In this document: positions 1 to 10,624 of the stretch, in pieces | Position numbering within the stretch: position 1 is the stretch's first letter | How the letters are laid out: each line of letters starts with the position of its first letter | From: Anaerolineales bacterium | GTDB lineage: Bacteria; Chloroflexota; Anaerolineae; Anaerolineales; UBA4823 | DNA: 64,000 nucleotides | Reading direction: 5' to 3' | NCBI GenBank assembly: GCA_046260155.1 | Contig: JBJYXV010000063.1 | Coordinates: 105,037 to 169,036 of the forward strand | Position numbers and translations under genes: made by a program | Notes under the pieces: model-generated | Databases searched by the model: none | The model's input: only the letters and a program-made list of their open reading frames with translations | Told to the model about the DNA's origin: nothing

Positions 1-1
1 G

Positions 2-331
2 GATCCGGTTTTGATGTTGGATGGTCCAATCCACGCAACGAAATTAGTTCTTGAACGCACGGGCCTATCCTTGGAAGATATGGACGTGATCGAAATCAAC
101 GAGGCATTTGCCTCCGTAGTCCTTGCTTGGCAAACTGAATTCCAGGCAGATATGGGGAAAGTAAATCCAAATGGAGGCGCGATTGCATTAGGCCATCCGA
201 CAGGCGCCACAGGAGGAATTTTAATGACAAAATTGTTACACGAATTAGAACGGATGAACGGCCGATATGGTTTGCAAACCATGTGTATAGGCCATGGGAT
301 GGCTACTGCCACCATTATTGAGAGAATATAA
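2..331 (+). CDS. Thiolase (acetyl-CoA C-acyltransferase), 5'-truncated by window edge
   Basis: EINEAFA, [17 protein letters not shown] and MCIGxG thiolase motifs; frame open from position 2. Confidence 0.95.
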   Translation, partial: DPVLMLDGPIHATKLVLERTGLSLEDMDVIEINEAFASVVLAWQTEFQADMGKVNPNGGAIALGHPTGATGGILMTKLLHELERMNGRYGLQTMCIGHGMATATIIERI

Positions 332-335
332 AATC

Positions 336-839
336 ATGCCTCAAGCATACCTTGCTCTGGGTTCAAATCTCGGTGACAGGGCAGAGAACCTGCAGTCTGC
401 AATCAGTTTCTTGAGATTGAAGGCAAATGTAATCACCTGCTCAGCGGTTTATGAAACGCCACCATGGGGATACGAGGAGCAACCAAAATTTCTCAACCAG
501 GTGATCGAGGTTGAAACAGATTTAACACCCGGTGATCTCCTGGATTATGTCAAAGAAGTAGAGAGGGAAATCGGTCGAAAAGAAACATTCCGTTACGGTC
601 CGCGCTCGATTGATATCGACATCCTTTTCTACGATGATCTGGTTGTCAACACCCCACCATTAAACATCCCCCACGCCCAAATAGCAGAACGTGCTTTCGT
701 GCTCGTTCCATTTGCCGATATCGCTCCTGATTACGTCCATCCTGTTCTAGGCAGGTCGATCGAAAACCTTCTGTCCTCTGTAGACCGGGGAAGCATCAAA
801 TTTTTTTCTCCAGCAGGTTGTGACAGAAGGGCTCACTAA
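336..839 (+). CDS. folK: 6-hydroxymethyl-7,8-dihydropterin pyrophosphokinase
   Basis: AYLALGSNLGDR, YETPPWG, FLNQV, GPRSIDIDIL, IPH...RAFVLVP; start moved to ATG 336. Confidence 0.96.
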   Translation: MPQAYLALGSNLGDRAENLQSAISFLRLKANVITCSAVYETPPWGYEEQPKFLNQVIEVETDLTPGDLLDYVKEVEREIGRKETFRYGPRSIDIDILFYDDLVVNTPPLNIPHAQIAERAFVLVPFADIAPDYVHPVLGRSIENLLSSVDRGSIKFFSPAGCDRRAH

Positions 840-877
840 GTTTGGTAAAATGTATCATAGCGAATAGGAGGCAGCCA

Positions 878-1303
878 ATGACCCAAGAAAAGATCAAACC
901 CCTCAACTGGGAACCTTCACCTGGCATCGGGTATTCGGTTGTACGCCGTCCTGATGGCGGTATGCACTACACATTTACAGACCTGTCTCACCAGACTCTG
1001 GAGCACTGGCATGAATTTGCGGTTGAACATTTGCTCGATTCGGATCGGTTAACCACAAATCTTTACGATTTACGCCAGATTGAAGATATATCACAAGAAG
1101 CAATCGATTATGCCATTGAAGTGAACTCCGACCCTGCTGCGCGTAATATCCGCTTGGCAGTGGTAGTGAAGAGTGATGAAGTACGCCGGGCAATTGAGAA
1201 AATCCCATCTTTAACCACACCGGGTGGTGTAGAGTTTGGTGTTTTCACAAACATTGATGAATCAGAAGCCTGGTTAGATCGACCTTTGACATTGATCGTG
1301 TGA
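878..1303 (+). CDS. Hypothetical protein, SpoIIAA-like (STAS/SEC14) fold
   Basis: GGAGG before ATG 878; LYDLR, RLAVVV and C-terminal F.NIDESEAWL pattern. Confidence 0.6.
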   Translation: MTQEKIKPLNWEPSPGIGYSVVRRPDGGMHYTFTDLSHQTLEHWHEFAVEHLLDSDRLTTNLYDLRQIEDISQEAIDYAIEVNSDPAARNIRLAVVVKSDEVRRAIEKIPSLTTPGGVEFGVFTNIDESEAWLDRPLTLIV

Positions 1304-1358
1304 TCAGGGTATCTCCGAAAAAAATCAAAATCCAATTTTAACCGGGGGGAGCTGACTT

Positions 1359-2258
1359 ATGCTACACAGTGCCAGTTTATCAATTGGGAATCATGTATTC
1401 GAATGGGGAACAAAGACCTATTTGATGGGGATAATAAATTTAACTCCGGATAGTTTTTCGGGTGATGGGTTGTTGATCAATGGTGAATCTGGGCATGATG
1501 TCTCGATGCTGGTTGATTCAGCACTTGGTCAAGCGCGCGAATTTGTAAACGCCGGTGTAGATATTCTGGATGTTGGTGGCGAGAGCACACGCCCTGGTGC
1601 TGACCAGGTGACCGTTGACGCTGAATTGGATCGGGTTTTGCCAGTGATTCAAGCACTGGCTGGTGAATTTGAAACCCCAATTTCGGTGGATACTTATAAA
1701 CACCAAGTCGCCCAGGTGTCTATTGAAGCCGGTGCAAATATGGTTAATGATGTCTGGGGATTAAATGCTGATCCTGAAATGGCTGCAACCATCGCTGCTC
1801 GAAATGTTCCGGTTATTTTGATGCATAACCGCAGCTCCTGGGCACATGCGGATATCAAGGACCGTCTCGGCGGGCGATATGTTGGCGTGCCCTACGAGGA
1901 TTTAATCCAGGATATAAAAAGGGAGTTAATGGACAGTGTAAACTTGGCCAGGTCTGCAGGTGTTGCAGATGAATATATCATCCTTGATCCTGGAATAGGT
2001 TTTGGAAAAACGGTCGAGCAAAATTTGGAACTGATTAACCTGCTGCCCGAGATTCGCGAGTTAGGCTATCCAATTCTCGTTGGTCCCTCAAGGAAATCTT
2101 TTATCGGGTATACACTGGACCTGCCTCCCGATCAGCGTCTGGCAGGGACTGCAGCTGCTGTGTCAGTTGGAATTGTGCGGGGGGCAGATATCATCAGGGT
2201 GCATGATGTAAAATTCATGCAGCAAGTTGCGAAGATGACCGATGCGATTGTGAGATAA
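1359..2258 (+). CDS. folP: Dihydropteroate synthase
   Basis: MGIINLTPDSFS, DVGGESTRPG, DPGIGFGK, SRKSFIG, IRVHDV. Confidence 0.97.
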   Translation: MLHSASLSIGNHVFEWGTKTYLMGIINLTPDSFSGDGLLINGESGHDVSMLVDSALGQAREFVNAGVDILDVGGESTRPGADQVTVDAELDRVLPVIQALAGEFETPISVDTYKHQVAQVSIEAGANMVNDVWGLNADPEMAATIAARNVPVILMHNRSSWAHADIKDRLGGRYVGVPYEDLIQDIKRELMDSVNLARSAGVADEYIILDPGIGFGKTVEQNLELINLLPEIRELGYPILVGPSRKSFIGYTLDLPPDQRLAGTAAAVSVGIVRGADIIRVHDVKFMQQVAKMTDAIVR

Positions 2259-2342
2259 GGCCAAGATATAGCTACATTTTCCAATTTCCACGCGATATTT
2301 TCGGAGCATGAAACATAATTCTTGCTTGCTAAAGGAGTAAAT

Positions 2343-5051
2343 ATGGCAGAAGATTACTTTGCATCAAAGGAGTCCTTAAAAACAAACCAGGGAGAATTCC
2401 TGTATTACAGTGTGGGACGCTTACAAGCGCAAGGATTAACGCAGGTAGATCGATTGCCTTTCTCAATCCGCGTACTGCTTGAATCTGTTCTGAGGCAGTG
2501 TAATAATGTTGAGATCACCACGGAGGATGTGCTAAATATTGCTTCCTGGAAGCCAAAAGATGCTGTGCGGAAAAGTTTCCCTTTTCGACCCGCACGGGTG
2601 ATCATGCAGGATTTTACAGGGGTCCCGGCGATTGTAGATTTAGCGGCCATGAGATCAGCGATGATCCGCCTCGGTGGGGATGCCAAAAAGATCAATCCGG
2701 TCATTCCGGTTGACCTTGTCATTGATCATTCTGTTCAGGTAGATTTCTTTGCTACACCGGATGCATTGCAGAGAAATGCAGAAATTGAATTTCAGAGAAA
2801 TAGAGAAAGATATGAATTTCTTCACTGGGGGCAGCAAGCTTTTGAAAATTTCAGAGTGGTACCCCCCTCCACTGGTATTGTGCACCAGGTAAACCTGGAG
2901 CATCTGGCAACTGTTGTCAGGATCGAGCAGTTTGATAGTGGTCCGCAGGTGGTTTTTCCAGACACCCTGGTTGGTACCGATTCGCACACTACCATGATCA
3001 ACGGGTTAGGTGTGGTTGGTTGGGGTGTGGGGGGGATTGAAGCTGAAGCTGCAATGCTCGGCCAGCCACTGGATATGCTGATTCCTGATGTAGTCGGTTT
3101 CAAATTATACGGGGAGTTGAGGGAAGGTGTGTTGGCGACTGATCTGACCTTAACCGTAGTCCAGATGCTGCGCGAGAAGAACGTTGTTGGTAAATTTGTT
3201 GAATTCTTTGGTTCGGGATTGGATGGATTGTCCCTGCCGGATCGGGCAACAATTGCCAATATGGCACCCGAATATGGGGCGACTGTCGGATTTTTCCCGG
3301 TCGATGCAGAGACATTGCGGTATCTCAATCTAACCGGGCGGCCTGCTGATCTGGTAAAACTTGTGGAATTGTATACAAAAGAACAAGGCCTCTTCCGAAC
3401 ATCGTCCTCCCCAGAACCAGTATATAGTGAATACCTTGAATTGGACTTATCTACGGTTGAAACCAGCCTGGCAGGTCCAAAACGACCTCAGGATAGGATT
3501 CCACTGGGACAGATGAAGAGGAAATTCCATGCAGATTTGGTTGCCCCGCTGAATGAACGCGGATTTAATTTATCCACCAATGAGTTGAACCGGAATGTTG
3601 AGATCGGGACAAATGGAACAACTGCCGAGGTGGGGCATGGGTCAATCGTGATCGCAGCTATTACCTCCTGTACAAATACTTCTAACCCTTCAGTAATGAT
3701 CGCTGCCGGGCTGCTTGCCCGGAATGCAGTCGATAAAGGATTGAGCACACAGCCGTATGTCAAGACGAGCTTGGCACCGGGATCGCTGATCGTTACGGAT
3801 TACCTTGAGAAGGCTGGTTTATTAGATCCGCTTGCCAAGCTTGGTTTTAACCTGGTAGGCTATGGATGCACAACTTGCATTGGGAATTCAGGTCCTCTAT
3901 CCGGAGAAGTTGTCAAAGGAATTACCAGTGGGAATCTGGTGGCAGCAGCGGTCTTATCTGGGAACCGCAATTTTGAGGGCCGCGTCCACCCATATGTTCA
4001 AGCAAATTATCTTGCTTCCCCTCCTCTTGTTGTCGCCTATGCGCTTGCAGGGACGGTTGATATAGACCTGCTGACTGAACCACTGGGAAAAAATCAGGTT
4101 GGAGAACCGATTTACCTCAAGGATATCTGGCCTTCACCCGAAGAAATTCGTTTGGAAATCGCTGAGTTCGTGCAGCCGGAAATGTTTGAAAAAGAATACA
4201 GCAATGTTTTTACTGGCAATAAAATCTGGAACGCGATCGAAGGGAATGAAGGCGAATTATACAGCTGGGATAAAGCCTCAACATATATTCAAGAGCCACC
4301 ATTTTTTATTGGCCTAACTCCTGAACCAGCCCCGATTCGAGAGATCGTCGGAGCACGTACCTTAGCTGTCCTGGGTGATTCAATTACGACGGATCACATT
4401 TCTCCAGCCGGAGCAATACCTGCCGATAGCCCCAGTGGAAAATACCTGCTCGAGAGAAATATTTCAATGCGAGATTTTAACTCCTATGGATCCCGGCGCG
4501 GCAATGATAGGGTAATGACCCGGGGTACATTTGGAAATATTCGTCTAAAGAACAAGTTGGTTCCTGGTGTCGAAGGCGGGTATACAAAACACTTTCCTGA
4601 TGGAAAACAAATGAGTATATATGATGCAGCCCAGCTTTACAAAAAAGAAGGGGTCCCCCTAATCGTATTGGCTGGAAAAGAATATGGTACGGGTTCAAGC
4701 CGGGATTGGGCAGCAAAAGGCACTCAATTGCTGAATGTGAAAGCGGTCATCGCAGAATCTTTCGAGCGCATCCACCGTTCAAATTTAATTGGCATGGGGG
4801 TGTTGCCCCTCCAATTTCTGGAAGGTGATAACGCGGATGTCTTGGGTTTAGCTGGGGATGAGATCTTTTCCATCATTGGCTTAGATGATCAGGTTGAACC
4901 CAGGATTATATTAACTATTAAAGTGGAAAATGGAGATGGCGCAGAAAAACAATTCCAAGTGTTGGCAAGGTTAGATACAGACCTGGAGGTTGAATACTAC
5001 CGGAATGGAGGTATTTTGCATAAAGTACTGCGAAACATGGCAGGTTTTTGA
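2343..5051 (+). CDS. acnA: Aconitate hydratase A
   Basis: [46 protein letters not shown]; AGGAG before ATG 2343. Confidence 0.97.
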   Translation: MAEDYFASKESLKTNQGEFLYYSVGRLQAQGLTQVDRLPFSIRVLLESVLRQCNNVEITTEDVLNIASWKPKDAVRKSFPFRPARVIMQDFTGVPAIVDLAAMRSAMIRLGGDAKKINPVIPVDLVIDHSVQVDFFATPDALQRNAEIEFQRNRERYEFLHWGQQAFENFRVVPPSTGIVHQVNLEHLATVVRIEQFDSGPQVVFPDTLVGTDSHTTMINGLGVVGWGVGGIEAEAAMLGQPLDMLIPDVVGFKLYGELREGVLATDLTLTVVQMLREKNVVGKFVEFFGSGLDGLSLPDRATIANMAPEYGATVGFFPVDAETLRYLNLTGRPADLVKLVELYTKEQGLFRTSSSPEPVYSEYLELDLSTVETSLAGPKRPQDRIPLGQMKRKFHADLVAPLNERGFNLSTNELNRNVEIGTNGTTAEVGHGSIVIAAITSCTNTSNPSVMIAAGLLARNAVDKGLSTQPYVKTSLAPGSLIVTDYLEKAGLLDPLAKLGFNLVGYGCTTCIGNSGPLSGEVVKGITSGNLVAAAVLSGNRNFEGRVHPYVQANYLASPPLVVAYALAGTVDIDLLTEPLGKNQVGEPIYLKDIWPSPEEIRLEIAEFVQPEMFEKEYSNVFTGNKIWNAIEGNEGELYSWDKASTYIQEPPFFIGLTPEPAPIREIVGARTLAVLGDSITTDHISPAGAIPADSPSGKYLLERNISMRDFNSYGSRRGNDRVMTRGTFGNIRLKNKLVPGVEGGYTKHFPDGKQMSIYDAAQLYKKEGVPLIVLAGKEYGTGSSRDWAAKGTQLLNVKAVIAESFERIHRSNLIGMGVLPLQFLEGDNADVLGLAGDEIFSIIGLDDQVEPRIILTIKVENGDGAEKQFQVLARLDTDLEVEYYRNGGILHKVLRNMAGF

Positions 5052-5176
5052 AGAAGAGATTTGATCATTACCTCAAAAGCCTGCTCGAATGCTGGAGCAG
5101 AAGTTGCAATCCTGCCTAATCCGTGAGTTGAGAATACAAATTGTCTCAATGTTTCTATAAGGTCCAACTACACAAG

Positions 5177-5222
5177 AACAGGAGCCGCCTCAGAAGGTAG
5201 GAGCAGCCCCTGTTGATTTTTT
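5177..5222. terminator. Imperfect hairpin between convergent acnA and membrane-protein gene
   Basis: aacagg...cctgtt outer stem followed by gatttttt. Confidence 0.45.
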
Positions 5223-5241
5223 AAATTTGAAAGCCCGAATA

Positions 5242-6135
5242 TTACTCGGAATTGTCTGGTAGTTCGTCCACATCTGTGTTTTTATCTTCGAGGTGATCAT
5301 CCGGAAGAGGCTCATCTAAGTTCGGAGATGTCTCGTTGCCTCCGTGATCGATTCGTTCAAGTCCCTGGGTAAACAAGCCTACCTGTGCTATTCCGAGCCA
5401 GATGAAAATAATTGTAAATATCCATGCCGTGATGGTGATCCCCAGCTCAAGATTTTCCTGGAAAGAATTTAGTTTTTCCTGCAACTTCGAAATCACTTCT
5501 TGGTATTGATCGAATATATGCTGAATCTCATAAAGACTGTTTTTTAGTTCTGAAATATTTCGAGCAATAATATTTACCTGCGCCGTTAACATCACCAAGT
5601 TTCCCTTTGTGGTGTTCAAGGTGGATTCCATTTCGGAGAAGGATTCGGGAATAGCTTCAAGGGTTTGGGAAACATCAGCAAGCGAATCGGTTAAGGATAC
5701 TTCCGGATTGTATGGTTCTATCGGCAGGAAAGGAATAGAGGTTATCAGCCGCAAACTGCTTTCCAGGGTACCTGCGGCCTGCTGCATCGTACCAAGCCCA
5801 GTTTGGGTCGCATTTATCGCCTGGGGCAGATCTTCAGATAGCAAGGTTGATAATGTCTCGACGAGCGGTACAGAATCATCGATGCCTTTTCCAGCAGTTT
5901 GAACGGTGTTTTCAATTGATCCCAGGTCTGTAACTGCACCGGTGATCGTATCCCCAGCAACGGTCAATCCTGAGCTGGTTGCTTCAAGGGTTGTATCTAT
6001 GAGTTCAAGGGATGTTGCCAAATTTTTGGTTAAAGGAGTTCTTACTGTCCAAACAAGAACAATTCCTGCCAGGCTAAAAATTAGTCCAAGAATGGCAGCA
6101 ACAATGAAGGTGTACCCAATTATTTTTCGAGCCAT
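5242..6135 (-). CDS. Membrane protein, two TM helices flanking a long helical/coiled-coil domain
   Basis: Hydrophobic N- and C-terminal segments, heptad-rich middle, AGGAG SD. Confidence 0.75.
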   Translation of the reverse strand: MARKIIGYTFIVAAILGLIFSLAGIVLVWTVRTPLTKNLATSLELIDTTLEATSSGLTVAGDTITGAVTDLGSIENTVQTAGKGIDDSVPLVETLSTLLSEDLPQAINATQTGLGTMQQAAGTLESSLRLITSIPFLPIEPYNPEVSLTDSLADVSQTLEAIPESFSEMESTLNTTKGNLVMLTAQVNIIARNISELKNSLYEIQHIFDQYQEVISKLQEKLNSFQENLELGITITAWIFTIIFIWLGIAQVGLFTQGLERIDHGGNETSPNLDEPLPDDHLEDKNTDVDELPDNSE

Positions 6136-6242
6136 GGAACTTCTCCTGAAATGTGATTGTTTTTACAGTTTGGAATTCGCCCAGATGGTAATACGATTAT
6201 AATGGGCAACTGGAATTATTAGGAGGTAAAAATTAATAGAAT

Positions 6243-7010
6243 ATGCATATTTTGGTAACCAACGATGATGGAGTAGCAGCAGCTGGTTTATTGACCCTTG
6301 CTCAGGAGCTGCTCAAGACTCACCAGGTGACGATCCTGGCACCAGATCGGAATTGGTCCGCATCTGGGCATGTGAAAACAATGCACCGGCCTCTGCGAGT
6401 TAATGAAATCTTGCTGGATGGTGGAATGCATGCATTAACAACCGATGGTGCTCCCTCGGATTGTGTCGCCCTTGCGATGCTGGGATTAATAGAAGAGAAA
6501 ATTGATATTGTCGTATCAGGTATTAATCCAAACGCGAATATTGGGCATGATGTGACTTATTCAGGGACAGTCACGGCTGCCATGGAAGCCGCGATTTGGG
6601 GAATCCCGGGGATAGCTGTATCTTTGGATTCGCCAGAGCATCATTCTGGGGAGTTGAATTATGGACCTGCTGCAAGAATAGCAAACCAGGTTGTTGAAAT
6701 GGTGATCAATCGACACCTGGAGAGCAAGACAATTCTCAACGTTAACGTCCCTTACGGTGATGATGAGAGCATAAAAGGATTCCAAATCACCCGCCAGGGT
6801 TTGCGTGTTTATCATGATCGTTTAGACCGCCGGGTTGATCCCCGCGGTAGAGAATACTACTGGATAGGAGGGGATTTACCTACAGGAGTCGCGGAGGAAG
6901 GGACAGATTATGGCTCATTATCCAAGGGATACGTTTCAATCACACCTCTACAACTAGATTTGACAGCTACTAAGATGCTGGAAACCCTCCGTGATTGGGA
7001 GTGGAGTTGA
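6243..7010 (+). CDS. surE: 5'/3'-nucleotidase SurE
   Basis: ILVTNDDG, VSGINxxxNIG.DVTYSGTV.AA. Confidence 0.96.
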   Translation: MHILVTNDDGVAAAGLLTLAQELLKTHQVTILAPDRNWSASGHVKTMHRPLRVNEILLDGGMHALTTDGAPSDCVALAMLGLIEEKIDIVVSGINPNANIGHDVTYSGTVTAAMEAAIWGIPGIAVSLDSPEHHSGELNYGPAARIANQVVEMVINRHLESKTILNVNVPYGDDESIKGFQITRQGLRVYHDRLDRRVDPRGREYYWIGGDLPTGVAEEGTDYGSLSKGYVSITPLQLDLTATKMLETLRDWEWS

Positions 7011-7082
7011 ACCATATCCAAGTTCCGGAACGCATTCTTTAAGTCTACTTTTCGTGTACGGCAGTCTCGATGATTTACCACT

Positions 7083-8312
7083 CTATGGGATCAAGAAATC
7101 AAATCGCCACGTCTCGTCGTCCGGTGAGGTGATTGAAGTCGATTGACCGACTACCTGGTACCATGTGTTTCCCGGTTTATAGGGAAAAGGTGTACCATCC
7201 TCATAAGTCAGGTACAAAACACTATCTTGAGAAGGGATATTCCAACGCACTTCATAAACTTTGCCATCCCGGAAGGCATATGCGGGACCGCTCCCGCTGA
7301 CTAAAATTTCGATAATTTCTGAGGGTGGTTTGCGGTAGTAGGTATGTTCCATGAATAACACTACGACATTTTCCGCCGTGATCTGTTGATCGTTATTGCG
7401 ATCGAGCAAGGGAGCGAAGGTTTCCCCTTCACCTTGATCAAAAGAGTCATCCTGGAAACGCAGGTAGTTTCCATTTGACTGATCGTACTCCCAGAGAAGA
7501 TAGTCATCGTTGGAATAATGGATATATAAATTATCAGCAGCTTGACCGGAGGAAGGAGGTGTCAAATTAAAATACATGCCGTCCAGGTCTTGGCGGCGGT
7601 CAACGACACCTTGATTTTGGGCATATGCATGTATGTTCTGGGTTGAACCAAGCAGGTGCGCATAGCCTTGTGGATCATAACGGCATAGAGGAGCACTGTT
7701 TGTGGGTGGACACAGTCCACTGCCACCACCTTCCAAAACAAGCCGATCACTGTACTCAGCATTAAAAAGTCTTTCATTAATGAGCGGGTCTGCGCTTCCA
7801 TAGGCAAAAATACTTTTGTACATGCGGATTAAGAAATTATCTGGAAAGCGTGCCGAACGGATTGGGCCTGCCAAGTCGGTATCCTGTCCATAGAATATCG
7901 AATGAAACCTGGTATAACCGTTATTCTGGTAGTAATCATAAGCAATATCTGCGTTAGTTAATCCCCACGGCGGGCGAGTCGATGTGCGAGGCACAATGTT
8001 AATCTTGATCGCCACCGGGCGTTTATCCAGGAATTGATCATTATCCACATATAAACCAGTGAGGGGGTTTACATTGCTGGGAAAATTGTCTGGACCGTAC
8101 CCCTCTTTGGGGTATGGAGGAGTTGGGGTTGGTGTAGCAACAGTGGTTGGTGTGGCTGATGGTGGCAGTTGAGTCGCAGTTGCAGTTGGCTTAGTTGCTG
8201 TCGCAGGCGTTATGGAAGCAGCCAGCCGAACTGCCTCGGTTTGAGTTGGACCTCCGTTCGAGCAAGCAGAAATTAAGATCATGACTGCGAGCAATACGAT
8301 TATTCTTTTCAT
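7083..8312 (-). CDS. Lipoprotein, DUF3048 (YerB-like)
   Basis: ISAC lipobox, Thr/Pro linker, NPLTGL, RPVAIKIN, GPIRSAR, PGNTW. Confidence 0.85.
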   Translation of the reverse strand: MKRIIVLLAVMILISACSNGGPTQTEAVRLAASITPATATKPTATATQLPPSATPTTVATPTPTPPYPKEGYGPDNFPSNVNPLTGLYVDNDQFLDKRPVAIKINIVPRTSTRPPWGLTNADIAYDYYQNNGYTRFHSIFYGQDTDLAGPIRSARFPDNFLIRMYKSIFAYGSADPLINERLFNAEYSDRLVLEGGGSGLCPPTNSAPLCRYDPQGYAHLLGSTQNIHAYAQNQGVVDRRQDLDGMYFNLTPPSSGQAADNLYIHYSNDDYLLWEYDQSNGNYLRFQDDSFDQGEGETFAPLLDRNNDQQITAENVVVLFMEHTYYRKPPSEIIEILVSGSGPAYAFRDGKVYEVRWNIPSQDSVLYLTYEDGTPFPYKPGNTWYQVVGQSTSITSPDDETWRFDFLIP

Positions 8313-8384
8313 CCGTTATCAGCCTCCACGTTTTGAAACTCAAAATGGAATCATACTCCAATTGAGAGAGTTTGCCAACACGGC

Positions 8385-8413
8385 TTGTCATTTGAGTTAG
8401 AAACCTCTATAAT
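8385..8413 (+). promoter_or_regulatory. Sigma70-type promoter
   Basis: TTGTCA-17 nt-TATAAT upstream of the DUF2085 gene. Confidence 0.65.
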
Positions 8414-8422
8414 CTCATCACG

Positions 8423-9238
8423 ATGAATGGTTATTTGGCAAGAGTAAGTATCCACAAGCAATATTGGAAGGCATTGGTCATCTTTACTTTTTTGCTGACT
8501 TTATTTGCATGGTTGTTAAATACTCCTGCGGGGATTTTAGGTAAAGCAGATGCGATCGGGTATGCGGTTTGCCACCGCATTGATCTGCGTTCATTTCACA
8601 TTGGCGAGACTCAACTACCTTTGTGCGCCAGGTGCAGCGGTATGTATTTAGGTGCGATGGTGGGTTTAAGCTACCAGTTGGCGATTGGGAAAAGGCGAAC
8701 GGGTATGCCATCCTGGAAGATCATCTTACCGGTCTCTATATTTGTGATGCTTTTTGCCGTTGATGGATTGAATTCATTTATCAGCTTGTTCTCGAGCGGG
8801 GCGGGTTTGTATCAGCCAAGCAACAGTATCCGGCTTCTGACGGGAACTGGTATGGGATTAGCCATTGCAGTCGCCCTGATTCCGGCATTTAATGCGACGG
8901 TTTGGAAATATATCGATCCTAGGCCTGCATTCTTGAGTTTCAGCTCTTTCGGGGTAATGGTCCTGATTGCGATAAGCCTCGATGGTTTGATATTGTTAGA
9001 GACCCCGGTCATTCTCTATCCTCTGGCACTGATCAGTGCAGCCGGAGTGATCATCATATTGGGCATAGTTTATTCTATGGTATTAATTATGTTGTTTAAA
9101 TTTGAGAATCGCATTAATAAAATCAGCCAGTTATCCTATGCCATGATTGGTGGATTTACAATTGCTTTGCTTCAAATTGGTTTATTAGATATAATCCGTT
9201 TTTTCATTACGGGCACATGGGATGGCTTTCATTTATAG
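8423..9238 (+). CDS. DUF2085 membrane protein
   Basis: VCHR...RSF....QLPLCARCSG.Y.G signature; multiple TM segments. Confidence 0.85.
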   Translation: MNGYLARVSIHKQYWKALVIFTFLLTLFAWLLNTPAGILGKADAIGYAVCHRIDLRSFHIGETQLPLCARCSGMYLGAMVGLSYQLAIGKRRTGMPSWKIILPVSIFVMLFAVDGLNSFISLFSSGAGLYQPSNSIRLLTGTGMGLAIAVALIPAFNATVWKYIDPRPAFLSFSSFGVMVLIAISLDGLILLETPVILYPLALISAAGVIIILGIVYSMVLIMLFKFENRINKISQLSYAMIGGFTIALLQIGLLDIIRFFITGTWDGFHL

Positions 9239-9279
9239 GATGGTTCACTAAGTAATCACATGATTGAAGGAGGTTTGGC

Positions 9280-9858
9280 ATGGACCTGTTGACAGGTGTT
9301 ATGGCTGCTTTTGGTCTCTCTGCCAGTGCGGGGTTAAACGCTTATATACCGCTCCTGGTTATTTCACTCACCGCCCGTTTCACAGATTTGATCCAATTGA
9401 GCGAACCCTGGGATGTAATGACGAGCTGGTGGATTATTGGATTGTTGGCTGTGCTTTCAATTATTGAGTTTTTTGCAGATAAAGTCCCAGCCATTAATCA
9501 CGCCAATGACGTGATTCAAACCTTTGTGCGGCCCATCGCAGGAGCCATTGTCTTTGCTGCTTCAGCGAATGTGATCACGGAGCTCCATCCAGTAGTTGCG
9601 CTTGGAGCAGGAGTCCTGGTTTCTGGGACAGTGCATGCCGTGAAATCGGCAGCAGTACGTCCCGCGGTCACCGTTTCGACAGGTGGAGCTGGAAATGTAC
9701 CGGTCAGCATGGCAGAAGATTTTTTTGCTACGAGCCTCTCAGTGATCGCGATTGTCATCCCGATCCTGATTGCCTTTTTATTTTTATTATTCCTGGCTCT
9801 TGTCATTTGGTTGATCTGGCGGCGAAATAAACGCAAAGCATTGGAGCAAGCCATCTGA
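9280..9858 (+). CDS. DUF4126 membrane protein
   Basis: GLSASAGLNAYIPL, EFFADKVP, VS..ED motifs. Confidence 0.88.
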   Translation: MDLLTGVMAAFGLSASAGLNAYIPLLVISLTARFTDLIQLSEPWDVMTSWWIIGLLAVLSIIEFFADKVPAINHANDVIQTFVRPIAGAIVFAASANVITELHPVVALGAGVLVSGTVHAVKSAAVRPAVTVSTGGAGNVPVSMAEDFFATSLSVIAIVIPILIAFLFLLFLALVIWLIWRRNKRKALEQAI

Positions 9859-9902
9859 GAAGGATTAGTCTTGAAAGAATATAATATTTTGAGGAGATGT
9901 GA

Positions 9903-10106
9903 ATGACTGACCAGGAAGATTATGCGGTTATCGCCCCGGGTGAAGAGAAAAAAAGATCAAATGTTTGGTGGATCGTACTCATCGTGGTATTAGTGATTTT
10001 TGCCTGTTGTTGTGGGGTGTTCTTGCTCTTTTATTTTGTAATCGGGGACATCATTTTGCAAATATTTAACGATATTTCATACCAGCTCGGGATGAATTAT
10101 TATTAA
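9903..10106 (+). CDS. Small single-pass membrane protein with CCC motif
   Basis: GAGGAG SD; KKRS-TM-CCC arrangement. Confidence 0.7.
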   Translation: MTDQEDYAVIAPGEEKKRSNVWWIVLIVVLVIFACCCGVFLLFYFVIGDIILQIFNDISYQLGMNYY

Positions 10107-10153
10107 GTCAGAGTTATAACCCAAATAAGTGCAGCTTTTCTAATGGGAGAAAT

Positions 10154-10624
10154 TTATAAATCTGGTTTATAAGAAAAGTTGCTGGCAGAAAATATCTCTT
10201 TAAGCTGATCTAATCCCTCGAGAGCTTTCAAGCGCACTTCACCTGCGATGGGTAATGCTTCGAATTCTTGCTTGTCAAGAATTACCTGGGCGCCATCCGG
10301 GTATACCAGTAAATCCAGTTCGAGATCCCGATAAAATACTGAATCCTGTTCAATCTGCGCGGGATAGCACAGGTTGCAATACCATCCTTTTACCTGGCCG
10401 TTTCGTCGATCGTGAATTTGATAAATATTGAACCATTCATTTGAGTAGTAAGATTCAATAAACTTATCACCCCTGCGTAAAATCAACTGATCAACTTGTG
10501 TGTCTTCTCGATCGAAATATGCTTCAATCACGATCTTGCTCTTATCCCTCTCGATCAGCTTACCTGAGTACTTCCAGACATCTCTACCCAAATAATCTTG
10601 CTTAAAGATGTTGATAGATTTCAT
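10154..10624 (-). CDS. DUF402 family protein (nucleoside di/triphosphatase-like)
   Basis: WFNI, GWYCN, DLELD, LD..EF motifs; TAATG overlap with the ABC ATPase. Confidence 0.85.
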   Translation of the reverse strand: MKSINIFKQDYLGRDVWKYSGKLIERDKSKIVIEAYFDREDTQVDQLILRRGDKFIESYYSNEWFNIYQIHDRRNGQVKGWYCNLCYPAQIEQDSVFYRDLELDLLVYPDGAQVILDKQEFEALPIAGEVRLKALEGLDQLKEIFSASNFSYKPDL

